Shown: one piece after another, positions 26,087 through 39,297 of the stretch
Position numbering within the stretch: position 1 is the stretch's first letter
How the letters are laid out: the number at the start of each line of letters is the position of its first letter
Origin: Eledone cirrhosa
Lineage: Eukaryota
Assembly: GCA_964016885.1 (NCBI GenBank)
Contig: OZ024754.1
Location: forward strand, 33,666,001-33,730,000
Direction of reading: 5' to 3'
DNA length: 64,000 nt
The notes under the pieces: generated by a model
Told to the model about the DNA's origin: nothing
The model's database searches: none
Seen by the model: the letters and a program-made list of their open reading frames with translations, nothing else
Program-made: the position numbers and the translations under genes

Positions 26087-26254
26087 GTAAGTAAAACACA
26101 TTATTTGTTTCTTTAGGCAGTGGATTGGCTGAGCTCAAATCCCGCCGAGGTTAACTTTGCCTTTCATCCTTACGGGGGTTGATAAAATAAAATACCAGTA
26201 ATGCACTGGGTGATTGCAGGCCTTGTGCCAAATGTAGAAACAATTATTTTATTT

Positions 26255-26726
26255 CAGGAGTTATCAAACTTTTTAGGCCACTGCTGACCTCAGTGCCCCT
26301 CACCCCTACTTCCAGAGAGAACTGTCTACATGTAAATTGTAAATAATATATAATAAATAAAATCATTAATTTATATATAATTGTTTCTACTTTTGGCACA
26401 AGGCCAGCAATTACCCAATGCATTACTGGTACTTTATTCTATCGACCCCGGAAGGATGAAAGGCAAAGTTAACCTCGGCGGGATTTATATATAATAGATT
26501 ATATAATATATACTATGTATAAATAAATATTATATATTTTTTATTTTATTATATTTATATTTTATTTTATTATATTTATATATAATTCATATATATGTAT
26601 CATTTGATATTTAATATACTGTTATAACATTTCTACACCCCCACCACCTCCTTAGGCCCTAGAATACGCCCCTGGACATACTCAACGCGCCCTGGAGGGT
26701 AGTAGCATCCACTTGGAGTACCTCCG
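26255..26726. mobile_element. hAT-type MITE with a nested SINE fragment
   Basis: CAGGAGTTATCAAA / TTGGAGTACCTCCG termini; exact 8-bp TSD ttttattt. Confidence 0.6.
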
Positions 26727-26884
26727 TTTTATTTGATAGATGTGAGCAAACATTGTTAAACCTTGCATCAAATACAAAATTGTGAAATATATGGTTATGA
26801 TTGTTTTAGAAGCTGGTGCAATGTAACTTAGAAATACAGGAGTTAAACCTAACGTAATGTAAGAAAAACAAAACAAAAAGAGCA

Positions 26885-27486
26885 GCCCACACTGTAAAGT
26901 GGTTGTGTAGGTGTCATGACAAAAAGCACCCAGTCCACACTGTAAGTGGTCGTGTAGGTGTCATGACAAAAAGCACCCAGTCCATACTATAAAGTGGTCA
27001 TGTAGGTGTCACAACAAAAAGCATCCAGTCCACACTGTAAAGTGGTTGTGTAGGTGTCACAACAAAAAGCATCCAGTCCACACTGTAAAGTGGTTCTGTA
27101 GGTGTCACAACAAAAAGCATCCAGTCCACACTGTAAAGTGGTTGTGTAGGTGTCATGACAAAAAGCACCCAGTCCATACTATAAAGTGGTCATGTAGGTG
27201 TCACAACAAAAAGCATCCAGTCCACACTGTAAAGTGGTTGTGTAGGTGTCACAACAAAAAACTCCCAGCCCACACTGTAAAGTAGTTGTGTAGGTCTCAT
27301 GGCAAAAAACACCCAGCACAAACTGTAAATATGGTTGGCGTTAGGAAAGGCATCCAGCTGTAGAAACCTAACCAGAAACGGTTCTATATGAACAAGACAC
27401 GGTCATCTGACCCAACTTGCCTCTAATGGGAAACCTGTCTATTCCATACTAGTGTGGAAAAGGGATGTTAAACGATGATGATGATG
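26885..27486 (+). repeat. 48-bp minisatellite plus RTE-type 3' tail
   Basis: CCACACTGTAAAGTGGTTGTGTAGGTGTCACAACAAAAAGCATCCAGT units, then ttaggaaaggcatccagctgtagaaa and a GAT tail. Confidence 0.88.
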
Positions 27487-27641
27487 AATATATAGTTTTA
27501 CCAATGGTATATTTGTTTCAGCATACATTACTGAAACACCATTTTCTGGTGATTATTTCCAGCTTAATTTATTGCTGGGGGCCATTAACCCTCTCAATAC
27601 GGTAGGGAGAAGAAAACACAGCCCACACAAATAATTGTTTA

Positions 27642-27839
27642 CGAGGGTCAGCTGAAAACCTCATAAGCTGACCAAGATACTCTCATGAAATGACCAAACA
27701 AGGTTTATTTTTTAACCTAGTCCCTGAAAAGAAACAATGTGGTTATTAATAAGAAGAGCTGAAATTAATGTATGCAAGATTTCACAGCTCTAGCATCACT
27801 CCTTCCTAGTCAGCCTATGAACTTTTCAGCTGAACCTTA
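27642..27839. mobile_element. Mariner-type MITE
   Basis: TA|CGAGGGTCAGCTGAAAACCTCATAAGCTGAC ... GTCAGCCTATGAACTTTTCAGCTGAACCTTA|TA. Solo ends at 25911-25945 and 29881-29906. Confidence 0.72.
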
Positions 27840-29639
27840 TATAATGGTGGTAGAGAAGTTGTGATTGAAATATCTGACGGTGAGATATGAGGAATCAATA
27901 GACAGCCAGCAGCACTGTATGGACATATAGATCTCAAAATAAAATTTCCATTCTATGGAATTCTCTTTCCAATATTTTGACTCTTTAACTCTGTTTATGT
28001 GTTCCAGTCGACAGGCTGAGACCATGCTGGGGCACCGCCATTATCATACCTATTTTACTTATTTTTATTGCTGATCATATTGAACAATGTGGATACTACT
28101 GGGATAAAGTTGTCCCAATTTATAATACTTGTTTCTACTTTTGGCACAAGGCCAGATTTACCCAGTACATTACTGGTGCTTTATTTTATCGACCCCGTAA
28201 GGATGAAAGGCAAAGTTAACCTCGGCGGGATTTGAACTCAGACCATAAAGGGACATAACTATACAATGTATAATACTGTGGGGACAAAAGTATCCCATCT
28301 ACATTTATTCAACAAAAAAAGAAAAGAAATTAAAACCAAACAATCAATATATATTGAATGAGTTTTTCATCCTTTCAAGGTAGATAAATAAAGTAAAGGG
28401 TAAAAGGTAAAAGCCCTCTTTGGTCAGGAAAGACCATGGGATTTGTACCTAGAAAGTCCCTCTCCAAGGCACAAGTCTGGGCAAGGTTGTTTGTGGAAGA
28501 CCAACAGTTGCCCATACATACCAGCCCCCCCCCCTCTCCATGCCACCAATGTTGTCCAAGGGAAAGGCTATGGCCAATACAGCTTGACACTAGTGATGTT
28601 GCAACTCATTTCTACTGCTAAGTAAATTGGAGTAACATGAAATAAAGTGTCTTTCTCAAGGACACAACACATCACCCATCCAAGAATCGAACACATAACC
28701 TACCAATTGCAAGTCCAACACTCTAACCACTTAGCCATGCAGCATGCATATAAATAAAGATCCTATCAAGTATAAGAGTAGATTTTTTTCTCTTTCTCTG
28801 AAAGAAATCAGCTGAGTTATGACCTGTAGATACGCTGTGTCAGAAAAGTGCTCTTACGACTCTATTAAGTGTTAAGGGCACTTTATCTTACCATTGAACT
28901 GATTACCAATGAAGTGTCTTGTCTATTGACACAATGGTCTAGTGGTTATTAACAGTACATGGGGATACACATTTAATTTGATTATTCAAAGCTTCAGATA
29001 ATTATTGTAGTATCAATAATAATTATCATTATCATTATAATTATAAAGACATCAATCTGCTTTTTTCTATGCAGATCTTTTCATGCTATGAATAAGAATG
29101 AGTTGTCTTGTAGAGGTTATATGAATATTATGTTCTCGCATGGATTGAAAAATATTCAAATATAATGGTCTCCAAGAATTAGCTGTCAACGTAATTAGTA
29201 TTTCACATTGACACATTAACACCTGAGATTCCAAAGCTAAATTTTACCATAAAACCAACTTGAAAATTATAAATATTCTATTGAGAAATTCCAAAATTTT
29301 GCCTAATTAAGGAAATTTAATTGCTAAATTATTTAGCTATCAAATCTATATTTATCTAATTCCTTCCATAGCATTAAAATAATGATTTCTCCTACAGACA
29401 CAAGGCCAGCAATTTGGGTAGAGGGGAAAGTCGATTAAATGCCCCCCCCCCCCCCCCCCGTGCATTACTGGTACTTTATTTTATCAACCCTGTAAGGATG
29501 AAAGGCAAAGCTAACCTCGGCAGTATTTGAACTCAGAACATAATGGGCCATAACTCTATGCCACAAAGCATGGTGTCTAACACTCTACCGATACTCCAAT
29601 CTACCACCTATCCACCACCTATAATATTCAATGTATAGG

Positions 29640-29772
29640 TGGAGGCATGGCTGTGTGGTTAAGGAGTTTGGCTCGCAACTATGTGGTTTGGGGCTTGGGC
29701 TCACTGCATGGAATCCTCAACACATGAATGCCTTGTGAATGAAATTTGGTAGGTGGAAACTGCAGAAGCCTG
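29640..29772 (+). mobile_element. Third, older tRNA-derived SINE family
   Basis: GGCATGGCTGTGTGGTTAAG head and GCCTTGTGAATGAAATTTGGTAG..GGAAACTG..GAAGCC end. Related copies at 8830-8995 (-), 22985-23080 (-) and 54262-54375 (+). Confidence 0.65.
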
Positions 29773-29788
29773 ACATATGTGTATACAG

Positions 29789-29821
<33 letters not shown>

Positions 29822-29971
29822 GGTGTGGGTGTGGGTGTGTGTGTATGGGTGTGGGTGTGTATGTGTGTGTGTGTGTGTGTCGGCTGAAAATTTCATAAAC
29901 TGACTATGAAGGAGTGATTCTAGTGCTGCGAAATCATGCATGCCTTAATTTTAACTCTTCTTAATAACTGC

Positions 29972-30392
29972 ATGATGATGGTGATGATAATGATGGTGAT
30001 GATGATGATGGTGATGGTGATGATGATGATGGTGATGATGATAATGATGGTGATCGTGATGATGATGGTGATGGTGATGGTGATGATGATGGTGATGGTG
30101 ATGGTGATGGTGATGGTGATGGTGATGGTGATGATAATGAATGTGATGATGATGATGATGATGGTGATGATAATGAATGATGGTGGTGATGATAATGATG
30201 GTGATGATGATGATGATGGTGGTGATGGTGATGGTGATGGTGATGATGATGGTGATGGTGATGGTGATGGTGATGATGGTGATGGTGATGATGGTGATGA
30301 TGATGGTGGTGACGGTGATGATGATGATGATGGTGATGATGGTGATGGTGATGGTGATGATGGTGATGGTGATGGTGATGATGGTGATGATA
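29972..30392. repeat. (GAT/GGT)n repeat
   Basis: Direct reading. Confidence 0.95.
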
Positions 30393-30814
30393 ATTGTTTC
30401 TACTTTTGGCACAAGGCCTAGAGTTTCTACGTTAGGCACAAGGCCAGCAATTACCCCAGTGCATTACTGGTACTTTATTTTATCGCCCCCCCCCCCCCCC
30501 GTAAGGATGAAAGGCAAAGTTAACCTCGGCGGGATTTGAACTCAGAACGTAAAGGGCCGTGACTCTTTGCTGCAAAACATGATGTCTGACGCTCTACCGA
30601 TACTGCCAAACGGTGATGAGAATAATGATAATGATGGTGATGATAGTGATGATGGCAATGATGGTGATGATGATGATGATCATCATCATCATGATTGTTA
30701 TTGTTAGATCATTTTTATTGTATCTTTCCCTACCTCGTTTATTAGTCCATTAATTAGACTTCTCTTTTAACATAACATGTAGTGCATGTTTATCCAATTT
30801 CCACCTGCCATCCT

Positions 30815-31295
30815 AACTCCACCCCACCACCTCACCACCTCACCATCTCACCACCCCACCACCACACCACCCTACCACCTGACCACCTGACCACCTGACC
30901 ACCCTACCACCTGACCACCTCACCACCTCACCACTACCACTCCACCCCACTACCTCACCACACCACCACACCACTACCCCACCACCACCACACCACCACA
31001 CCATCTCACCACCTCACCACCCCCACCACACCCCCACCACACCACTACCACCACCTCACCACCACCACCACACCACCACCTCACCACACCACCACACCAC
31101 TACCCCACCACCACACCACCACACCACCACCTCACCACCCACCACCTCACCACCCCACCACCTCACCACCCTACCACCACACCACCACACCACCACCTCA
31201 CCATCTCACCACCTCACCACCCCACCACCACACCACCACCTCACCACCACCCACCACCACCTCACCACCCCACCACCACCATCACCACCACCCCC
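30815..31295. repeat. CACCA-rich low-complexity repeat
   Basis: Direct reading. Confidence 0.92.
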
Positions 31296-31730
31296 TGTAT
31301 AGCTCTTTGTATTTTTCTCCCATCTTCTGACATTTCACCAAACCCTGCAAATCATTCTTCTATGCAATGACATTTTAAATACTTATCAATAAATATATTT
31401 TTCAAAATGTTTATTAACCCTGTCAACCTTCACCCCGACCCACTCCTCAACTGAAAATATTTATGTGTCCAATCCTTGCTAGCAGGAGAAACGGATGTTA
31501 AATGATGATGATGATGATGATGATGTATTTGCAATCTATATATGTATATCTATATATATAGAGAGAGATAGGTAAATATACACGGGTGTGTATGATTGTG
31601 TATAGAAGATTATATTAATAAGAGGAATTCCAACTTTGTCTGATTTACTCGTTTTATTTACAATCCTTTAAAATCTATAATGGTATTATAATGAAATAGT
31701 ATGGTAGAATATTAAATTCTAAGTGTTAAT

Positions 31731-31769
31731 TGAACAAGTACTTTCATGCTTTCGCAATCTTCAGGTTCA
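31731..31769 (-). ncRNA. Minimal type I hammerhead motif
   Basis: tgaac-CTGAAGA-t tgc gaaa gca t-GAAA-gtac-TT-gttca; perfect helix I, GNRA-capped helix II, palindromic helix III loop. Confidence 0.6.
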
Positions 31770-31826
31770 TAATATGTGGTGACAGTCAAGTTTGCAATTT
31801 TCAATGTATATCTATATATATATATA

Positions 31827-33392
31827 GTTTAGCGTAAAAGTTGGTGTCCATCAGGGCTCTGTACTTAGCCCCCTACTATTTATTATTGCCCTTCAGGCTA
31901 TAACAGAGGAGTTCAAGACCGGCTGCCCATGGGAACTCCTATACGCAGATGATCTAACGCTCATAGCTGAATCAATGACCGAACTAGAGAAGAAATTCCA
32001 AACGTGGAAGCACGGCCTAGAATCAAAAGGCCTTAAAATTAACCTGGCTAAGACTAAAGTTCTAGTTTGTAGGAAAGAAAATAAGGCGGCGGTCCCATCG
32101 GGGAAATGGCCATGCTCAGTGTGTAGGAAAGGCGTAGGTAGAAACTCCATTTTATGTCCCAAATGCAAAGTATGGGTGCATAAAAGATGTAGTGGGATCA
32201 CAGGTAAGCTAACTAAGAACATAGATTTTACATGTGGCCGGTGCTCTGGTGCAATAAGTAGCAGCAAGTGCCCACAAAATACTAGCTCCTTCAACTGCGC
32301 AGAGGGTTCTATAGAAATAGTGGACAGCTTCCGTTATCTGGGTGACAAAATCAGCAGTGGGGGAGGGTGCTCTGAAAGTACAGTAGCTAGAGTCAGAACT
32401 GGATGGAAAAAGTTCAGAGAGCTTATACCACTATTAGCCGCTAGAGGGTTCTCCCTAAAAATGAAAGGCAGGTTATACGATGCCTGCATACGAACAGCAA
32501 TGCTGCATGGCAGTGAGACCTGGGCATTGTGTGCAGAGGATATACGCAGACTAGAGAGGAACGAAGCTTGCATGCTCCGCTGGATGTGCAATAGTAATAT
32601 ACGTGAACGGCAAAGCATAAACGAACTAAGGAAAAAATTAGAAATAAGAGGGATCAGATGTTGTTTACTCGAGAGAAGGCTACGTTGGTACGGTCACGTG
32701 ATGCGCATGAAAGACGACAGCTGTATAACAAAGTGCAGGGCAATAAAGATAGACGGTAGCCACGGAGTAGGCAGACCCAGAAAAACATGGGACGAGCTGA
32801 TAAATTCCGACCTCACACGCTTACACCTCTCCAAGACAATGTCACTGGACCGAGACCTTTGGCGGTACTCAGTAATAGAGAAGACCCGCCTTACCTAAAT
32901 ACAAAGTAAAAACCTACTACAGTCAGTAGGCACCTCTATCAAAACACACCCCCGTCCCTCCACACCGCCCCTTTCAATGTAAAGTTATGTTGGTCCCACA
33001 ACATCCAGGCCGAAACAAATGAGATCGTGTAGGTGTCACGACAAAAAACACACAGTCCACGCTGTAAATGTGGCCGTGTAGGCAACACGGTAAAAACCTC
33101 CCAGCCCCACACTGTAAATGTGGTTGGTGTTAGGAAGGGCATCCAGCTGTAGAAAACCCGCCAGACAGTCCACGCTGTAATGTGGCCGTGTAGGCAACAC
33201 GGTAAAAACCTCCCAGCCCCACACTGTAAATGTGGTTGGTGTTAGGAAGGGCATCCAACTGTAGAAAACCCGCCAGACAGTCCTATGCGAGCAAGACAAC
33301 CACTCTTGCCTCAAGTGGGAAAACCCCCGTCCAAACCCATGCAAGCGTGGAACACGGACGCTAAACCTGATGATGATGATGATGATGATGAT
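31827..33392 (+). mobile_element. RTE LINE, 5'-truncated within RT (second subfamily)
   Basis: Frame open 31828..32898 (FSVKVGVHQGSVLSPLLF...YADD...PHD-like finger); 3' UTR has an internal ~113-bp tandem duplication and a (GAT)n tail. Confidence 0.95.
31828..32898 (+). CDS. Truncated RTE reverse transcriptase C-terminal half
   Basis: Track ORF 31975..32898 extended 49 codons upstream without a stop; clearly homologous to the 18895..20967 protein. Confidence 0.88.
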   Translation, partial: FSVKVGVHQGSVLSPLLFIIALQAITEEFKTGCPWELLYADDLTLIAESMTELEKKFQTWKHGLESKGLKINLAKTKVLVCRKENKAAVPSGKWPCSVCRKGVGRNSILCPKCKVWVHKRCSGITGKLTKNIDFTCGRCSGAISSSKCPQNTSSFNCAEGSIEIVDSFRYLGDKISSGGGCSESTVARVRTGWKKFRELIPLLAARGFSLKMKGRLYDACIRTAMLHGSETWALCAEDIRRLERNEACMLRWMCNSNIRERQSINELRKKLEIRGIRCCLLERRLRWYGHVMRMKDDSCITKCRAIKIDGSHGVGRPRKTWDELINSDLTRLHLSKTMSLDRDLWRYSVIEKTRLT

Positions 33393-33484
33393 ATGTATGC
33401 ATGTGCGTGTGTGTGTCTGTGTGTTTCATATTCATGTGGTTTTACACTGATATATGTATGTGTGTGTGGGGGGGGTATGTGTGC

Positions 33485-33523
<39 letters not shown>

Positions 33524-33667
33524 TTTTAATATAGAAATCATGATGATTTCTAAAGAATGAAACAGTTCTAGTCCTGTAGAATCTCATCTATATTGAAACT
33601 TTTATACTCTGCTATGTATTGAGTATCTTACTTACTGTAGTTACCTCCGATTCAACCCGGAATACCG

Positions 33668-33725
<58 letters not shown>

Positions 33726-33843
33726 TGTATGTATTTGCAATATGTATATCTGTATATCTATATATATATATATGTGTGTGTGTGTCTGTGTGTGTTTCAC
33801 ATTCATGTGGTTTTTACACCGATATATGTATGTGTGTGTGTGC

Positions 33844-33884
<41 letters not shown>

Positions 33885-33996
33885 TGTATGTATACATGTG
33901 TATATGTTTCAGTGTACATATACATGTACATGTATATGTGAATATATATATATATAATGTGTTGAAGTGTGTTTATAAGTGTATGTGTGTATATAC

Positions 33997-34038
<42 letters not shown>

Positions 34039-34080
34039 ATATATATATATACATTTACATATATATAAATATATATATAA

Positions 34081-34119
<39 letters not shown>

Positions 34120-34463
34120 AATATAGCGAAGGAAGTGTGGTAAGGAACCAGATGGACCATAACGCACCAGAGTACTCAATACTTAGGGTAGTAGAGTGGG
34201 TAATAGGAAAATGTTTAGACCCCATCGGCAGAGCTCAAGCCGTTTCGACAGCTATTTCTGGACTCAGTCCAGAAATAGCCGTCGAAACGGCTTGAGCTCT
34301 GCCGTTGTGATTAAACATTTTCCTATATATACATATATATACATATATATATATAAAGTATTAAAAAAATAATGAATAAAACAATGAAACAGTTCCTTAT
34401 ATTAAACAAAAAAAGTTCATTATTTAACGATCGTTTCTAGGACATATATGTGTTAGAATTGGC

Positions 34464-35063
34464 ATGCATATTCAACAGATCTATGTACAAAATTATACAA
34501 AATTATACTCAACAACCAAAAACATAAAACAAAATATAAGTGCCTATAATGCATGTAAATGTAAAAATACCATAAGTATACCACCAATACATCAAACTAA
34601 CCATAATATCTCCTCAAATACAGAATTAACGAAAGGTTGTAACTGTAGAAACAAAGCAAACTGCCCATTAAAAGGAAATTGTCTTGTTAACAACATAGTT
34701 TATAAATGTAATGTTAAAACTAAAGATTCTATTTGCTCATATATAGGAGCTACTTCTAACAATTTTAAGGTAAGGTTTAATACCCACAAACATAGTTTTA
34801 AAAATGCCGCACTGGCTAATACAACATCTCTAGCAGAAAAAATCAATAGTTATAAAAATAAGAATATAGAATATGATATGACCTGGAGTGTGCTCAAAAG
34901 AGCCACTCCTTATCAAAATAATAGAAATGAATGTAGATTATGTTCCCAAGAACTATTTGAAATAATGAAATCTAAGGATATCCTATTAAATAAGCGACAG
35001 GAATTAATTATATCGTGTAATCATAAACTAAGAAAAACATTTAAATATTATAAACCTAATTAA
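34464..35063 (+). CDS. Penelope-type GIY-YIG endonuclease (C-terminal part of element ORF)
   Basis: CNCRNKANCPLKGNC...IVYKC...YIGAT...FKVRFNTHKHSF...CRLCSQE...LNKRQE...CNH. The first codons derive from the inverted pLTR, so the ATG is probably not native. Confidence 0.85.
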   Translation: MHIQQIYVQNYTKLYSTTKNIKQNISAYNACKCKNTISIPPIHQTNHNISSNTELTKGCNCRNKANCPLKGNCLVNNIVYKCNVKTKDSICSYIGATSNNFKVRFNTHKHSFKNAALANTTSLAEKINSYKNKNIEYDMTWSVLKRATPYQNNRNECRLCSQELFEIMKSKDILLNKRQELIISCNHKLRKTFKYYKPN

Positions 35064-35523
35064 TAATATATATTTTAGAAATTAATATATAATTTAATTT
35101 AAATGTTAGTTAACCTATAAATTTAATTTAATTAAAATTCTACTACAGATGAGATTATAAAATATTGTGTAATCATAAATTGTGAAAAACTTTTAAATAT
35201 TATTAACATAATTAATATATACTTTGTAAATTAATTTATAGATTAATTTTAGTTTATTTAACCTTTTATTAAAATTCCTTTACAGATGAAATATAACAAA
35301 ATATCATGTAATCAATGACAGAGAAATATTTTTTAATATTATAAACCTAATTAATGTACAATTTAGAAATTTATTTATAATTTAATTTTAATTTAGTTAA
35401 CCTAAAATTTTAATTTAATTAGCTTAAAATTAAAATTCTTATACAGATAGATTGCAGAATATCATGTAATCATAAACTGAGATAAATTTTTAAATATATA
35501 CCTAATTAATATATTCTTTACAA

Positions 35524-35609
<86 letters not shown>

Positions 35610-36241
35610 TTTTAATTTTTGTTAACCTATAATTATATTCTACTATAGATAAAATACAAAATCTGTTTTAATTATTATAAACCTAATTAACATATACTAT
35701 AGAAATTAATATATAATTTTTAATTTAGTTAACCTATAATTTATATTCTACTACCGATGAAATACTTGATTTGGTTTTTTCCCTATTACTAAATTCATTT
35801 CCTAATATTGATACCATAATGTTAATATTTTTAAGTTAGTTATGCTATAATTAATACTCTACTACTGTTTAACTTCAAAATTCCGCTTCAAATATTATAA
35901 ACCTAAGTAGTATACACCTTAGAAATCAATATATTAACTATTTTTAATTTAGTTAACCTATAATTAATAGTCTACTTATATTAAAATGCATAATTTTGCC
36001 TTCTTTCTTACATTTCCTAATACTGAAACTACTATGTAAACACATATTATGATCTAAATGCAGATTAATATTCTATGTTCCTTGAAACCTATATTTACTA
36101 TAATCCCCTTCCCCCCCCCTATAATTATTTGTATTTGTAAGCGTGGATGTATGTATGTGTATGTAAGTAGGTATGTATGTTTGGGTGTTTGTATGTGAGT
36201 ATAAAAATACATATGTGAGCATGTAAATAAGCGTGTATGAT

Positions 36242-36296
<55 letters not shown>

Positions 36297-36525
36297 ATAT
36301 ATGTGTATATATGTGTGTGTATATATATGTGTATATATATGTCTATGTGTATATGTGTGTGTATATATATGCGTATGTGTGCGTGTGTATGTGAGTATAT
36401 ATATATATATTTGTAGTGATGTGTGTATGTATATATATATATATATATGTGTGCATAATTGTCTGACTGTGTGTATTTATTTATTTATTTATTTATTTAT
36501 ATATATCTATATATATGTATGTATG

Positions 36526-36556
<31 letters not shown>

Positions 36557-36631
36557 GTGTATGTATATGTGTGTGTGTGTGTGTGTATATATGCGTATAT
36601 GTATGTGTGTGTGTGTATATATATGTGTGTG

Positions 36632-36676
<45 letters not shown>

Positions 36677-37567
36677 GTGTGTGTGTATATGTGTGTGTGT
36701 ATGTGTATATATATATGGGTATGTATGTGTATATGTGTATGTACATGTGTGTGTGTATATATATATATATATATGTGTTGTGAATATATGTATATATATG
36801 TGTGTATCTATATGTGTCTATGTATTTATATATGTATATGTATGTGTCTATATATATGTGTGTGTATGTATATGTATATATGTGTGTATATATGTGTATA
36901 TATGTGTATATGTATATATATATATATATGTATATCGATGTGTATTTTATAATTTACTTGTTTTTATATATGTATATATATATTTTTTTTTTTTTTTAAT
37001 ATATTTCTTTTTATTTCTAAATTTATAGATACATTTTATAAATAGGCAGTTTGTCTGACACCCGTACTAATTACTGACCCCCTCACCTACTTTCTGCATC
37101 TGGATCTAAATATATGTGGCAGTGCTTATGTGTGCGCCTTAATGTCCATATGCTTATGATAATAATATATACATATATGTGTGTGTGTGTGTGGGGGTGT
37201 GTGCGTGTGTGTATGTTCGTGGTTATGTGTATGTTTATGCGTATATGCGCGTGTGTGTGTGAATGTATGTATATGTGTGTATATATGAATGTATATATGT
37301 TTATATACGTATATGTATTTTATCTGTAGATTATAAACATACAGAGACATTAGCCCTGAATTTTTGTATTTACATGCATTTTTTCGACATGCGTATGCAT
37401 GTGAACATATATTTTTATGCATATCTGTGAACGAAGTTACTTACATATATACACACACCTAACTGTATTTTCTTGACATATTTTTGTGTATTTCATTGGT
37501 CAATTTGAACTCTGTTCCCAAACAGACCTGTAATTTTGAATTGTTGTTATTATCAATAAATATATTT

Positions 37568-37716
37568 CATTATTTCTGAAGACGGCATATGTATGTGTTG
37601 GTATGTATATTAAATTTGATAGTTTGTATAATTTTGTATAATTTTGTACATAGATCTGTTGAATATGCATGCCAATTCTAACACATATATGTCCTAGAAA
37701 CGATCGTTAAATAATG
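37568..37716 (+). ncRNA. Hammerhead motif with extended helix II in the Penelope pLTR
   Basis: cattattt-CTGAAGA-(~115 nt)-GAAA-c gatc g-TT-aaataatg; sister copy at 3192-3317 with a GUA triplet. Confidence 0.55.
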
Positions 37717-38145
37717 AACTTTTTTTGTTTAATATAAGGAACTGTTTCATTGTTTTATTCATTATTTTTTTAATACTTTATCTTGACTCTGTATTCCGTT
37801 TATCTTTCACCGAAAGTGATTTTTGAATGCATCTCTTCTTTCCATGATATCCGGATTACATTGAGTTCTTCATACGGATTGGACACTACCGTAAACTCTT
37901 GGTAGATTTATCTACATATATATATATATATATATTAAAATACAAATATTAATAAAATAGATGTTCTTTTGATCAATTACATTTTATTATACATATTTTG
38001 GATGTACAACAGTACGTCCTCATCAGACAAAATATAATGATACATGACATACCCTGAGATGTTAAATGGTTAAGAGTAGAGTGCTTCCAATCTACTGTAA
38101 AACTCATTCTTTGATATACTCATTGAATCTTTAATATATATATAT

Positions 38146-38490
38146 CATTTCATCATCATCATTTCATTTTACGTCCACTTTTCCCTGCTTGCAAGGGTGG
38201 GACGGGAACTGATTCTGACTTGATTTCTACAGCTGGATGCCCTTCCTAACACCAGCCTCATTTACAGTGAGTGCTGGGTGCTTTTTTTCCGTGGCACCTC
38301 CACGACCACTTTGCAGTGGAATGATATGGACCCCAGTCCCTATCATCTCATTTCTACAGCTGAGTAAACTGGAGCAATGTGAAATAAAGTGTCTTGCTCA
38401 AGGAAACAACACATCACCCGGTCTGAGAATTGAACTCACAACCTTTCGATTGCAAGGCCAATGCTCTAACCACTAAGCCATCTGCCTCCA
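38146..38490 (-). mobile_element. tRNA-headed SINE with Meta/V-like core and RTE-derived tail
   Basis: TGGCTTAGTGG / GAGTTCAATTCT boxes, CCTTGAGCAAGACACTTTATTTCACATTGCTCCAG core, tail shared with the RTE 3' end. Sister copies at 4134-4417 (-), 40494-40840 (-) and 41165-41541 (+). Confidence 0.85.
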
Positions 38491-38664
38491 TATATATATA
38501 TGAATGAAGTAATTCCATCGGAATTGCATTTTTGTTTTTATAATCCAAATTCAATAAACAAACCAGGATTTTTTCATTCTGAGGATTGAAAGCAAAACCT
38601 TTTGCTTTTAAGAAACCACTGGTAAATGGAATAATTGCCTTATGTTGTTTATTACATAATAATA

Positions 38665-38748
<84 letters not shown>

Positions 38749-39252
38749 TATCTTTGGTAAGATGAGATAAACCTGATGCACTTTACTATCCTCTGTCCTT
38801 CTGGTGTTGACACTGGATGATTAAGATATCTTGTTAAGGGAGGATCAGGTTTCAGAGCATTGAAAATTCAACATTATAAGAAAGTAAGGATAAGAAGTCA
38901 TTATTTATTCATTCAAGGGCGGTGGATTGGCAGTATCGGTAGAGGGTCGGACACCATGCTTTGACGCATAGAGTTACGGCCCTTTCCATTCTGAGTTCAA
39001 ACCCCACCTAGAAACGCAGGGCGGTTCAAGATTGGTGGGGTACCTGAGTCACTCCTGAGTCGTCCACCCCACCCCCCTATTGGGGAATTTATTTTGTTAT
39101 ATTTATGCATAGTTTATTTAAAATTGTTTATATCTTCATTGTTAAATTGGTCTTGCCATTGTGCACTTTTACTCAAGCTTATTGTAAACCCCCCACTGTC
39201 CCTGTCTTTGTAATGTCCCCTACATGTTGGCCCTTGTGGCCAATAAATGAAA

Positions 39253-39296
<44 letters not shown>

Positions 39297-39297
39297 A

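Larger units (their letters stand above)
34353..37860 (+). mobile_element. Penelope-like element, 5'-truncated, with inverted pLTR
   Basis: GIY-YIG ORF flanked by ~156-bp inverted repeats (34353-34508 and 37626-37781); the downstream repeat overlaps a hammerhead motif. Right boundary approximate. Confidence 0.8.

Noticed and set aside
36241-37028. Tyr/Ile/Cys/Val-rich ORFs here and throughout the window
   Set aside because: TA/TG dinucleotide microsatellite translations.
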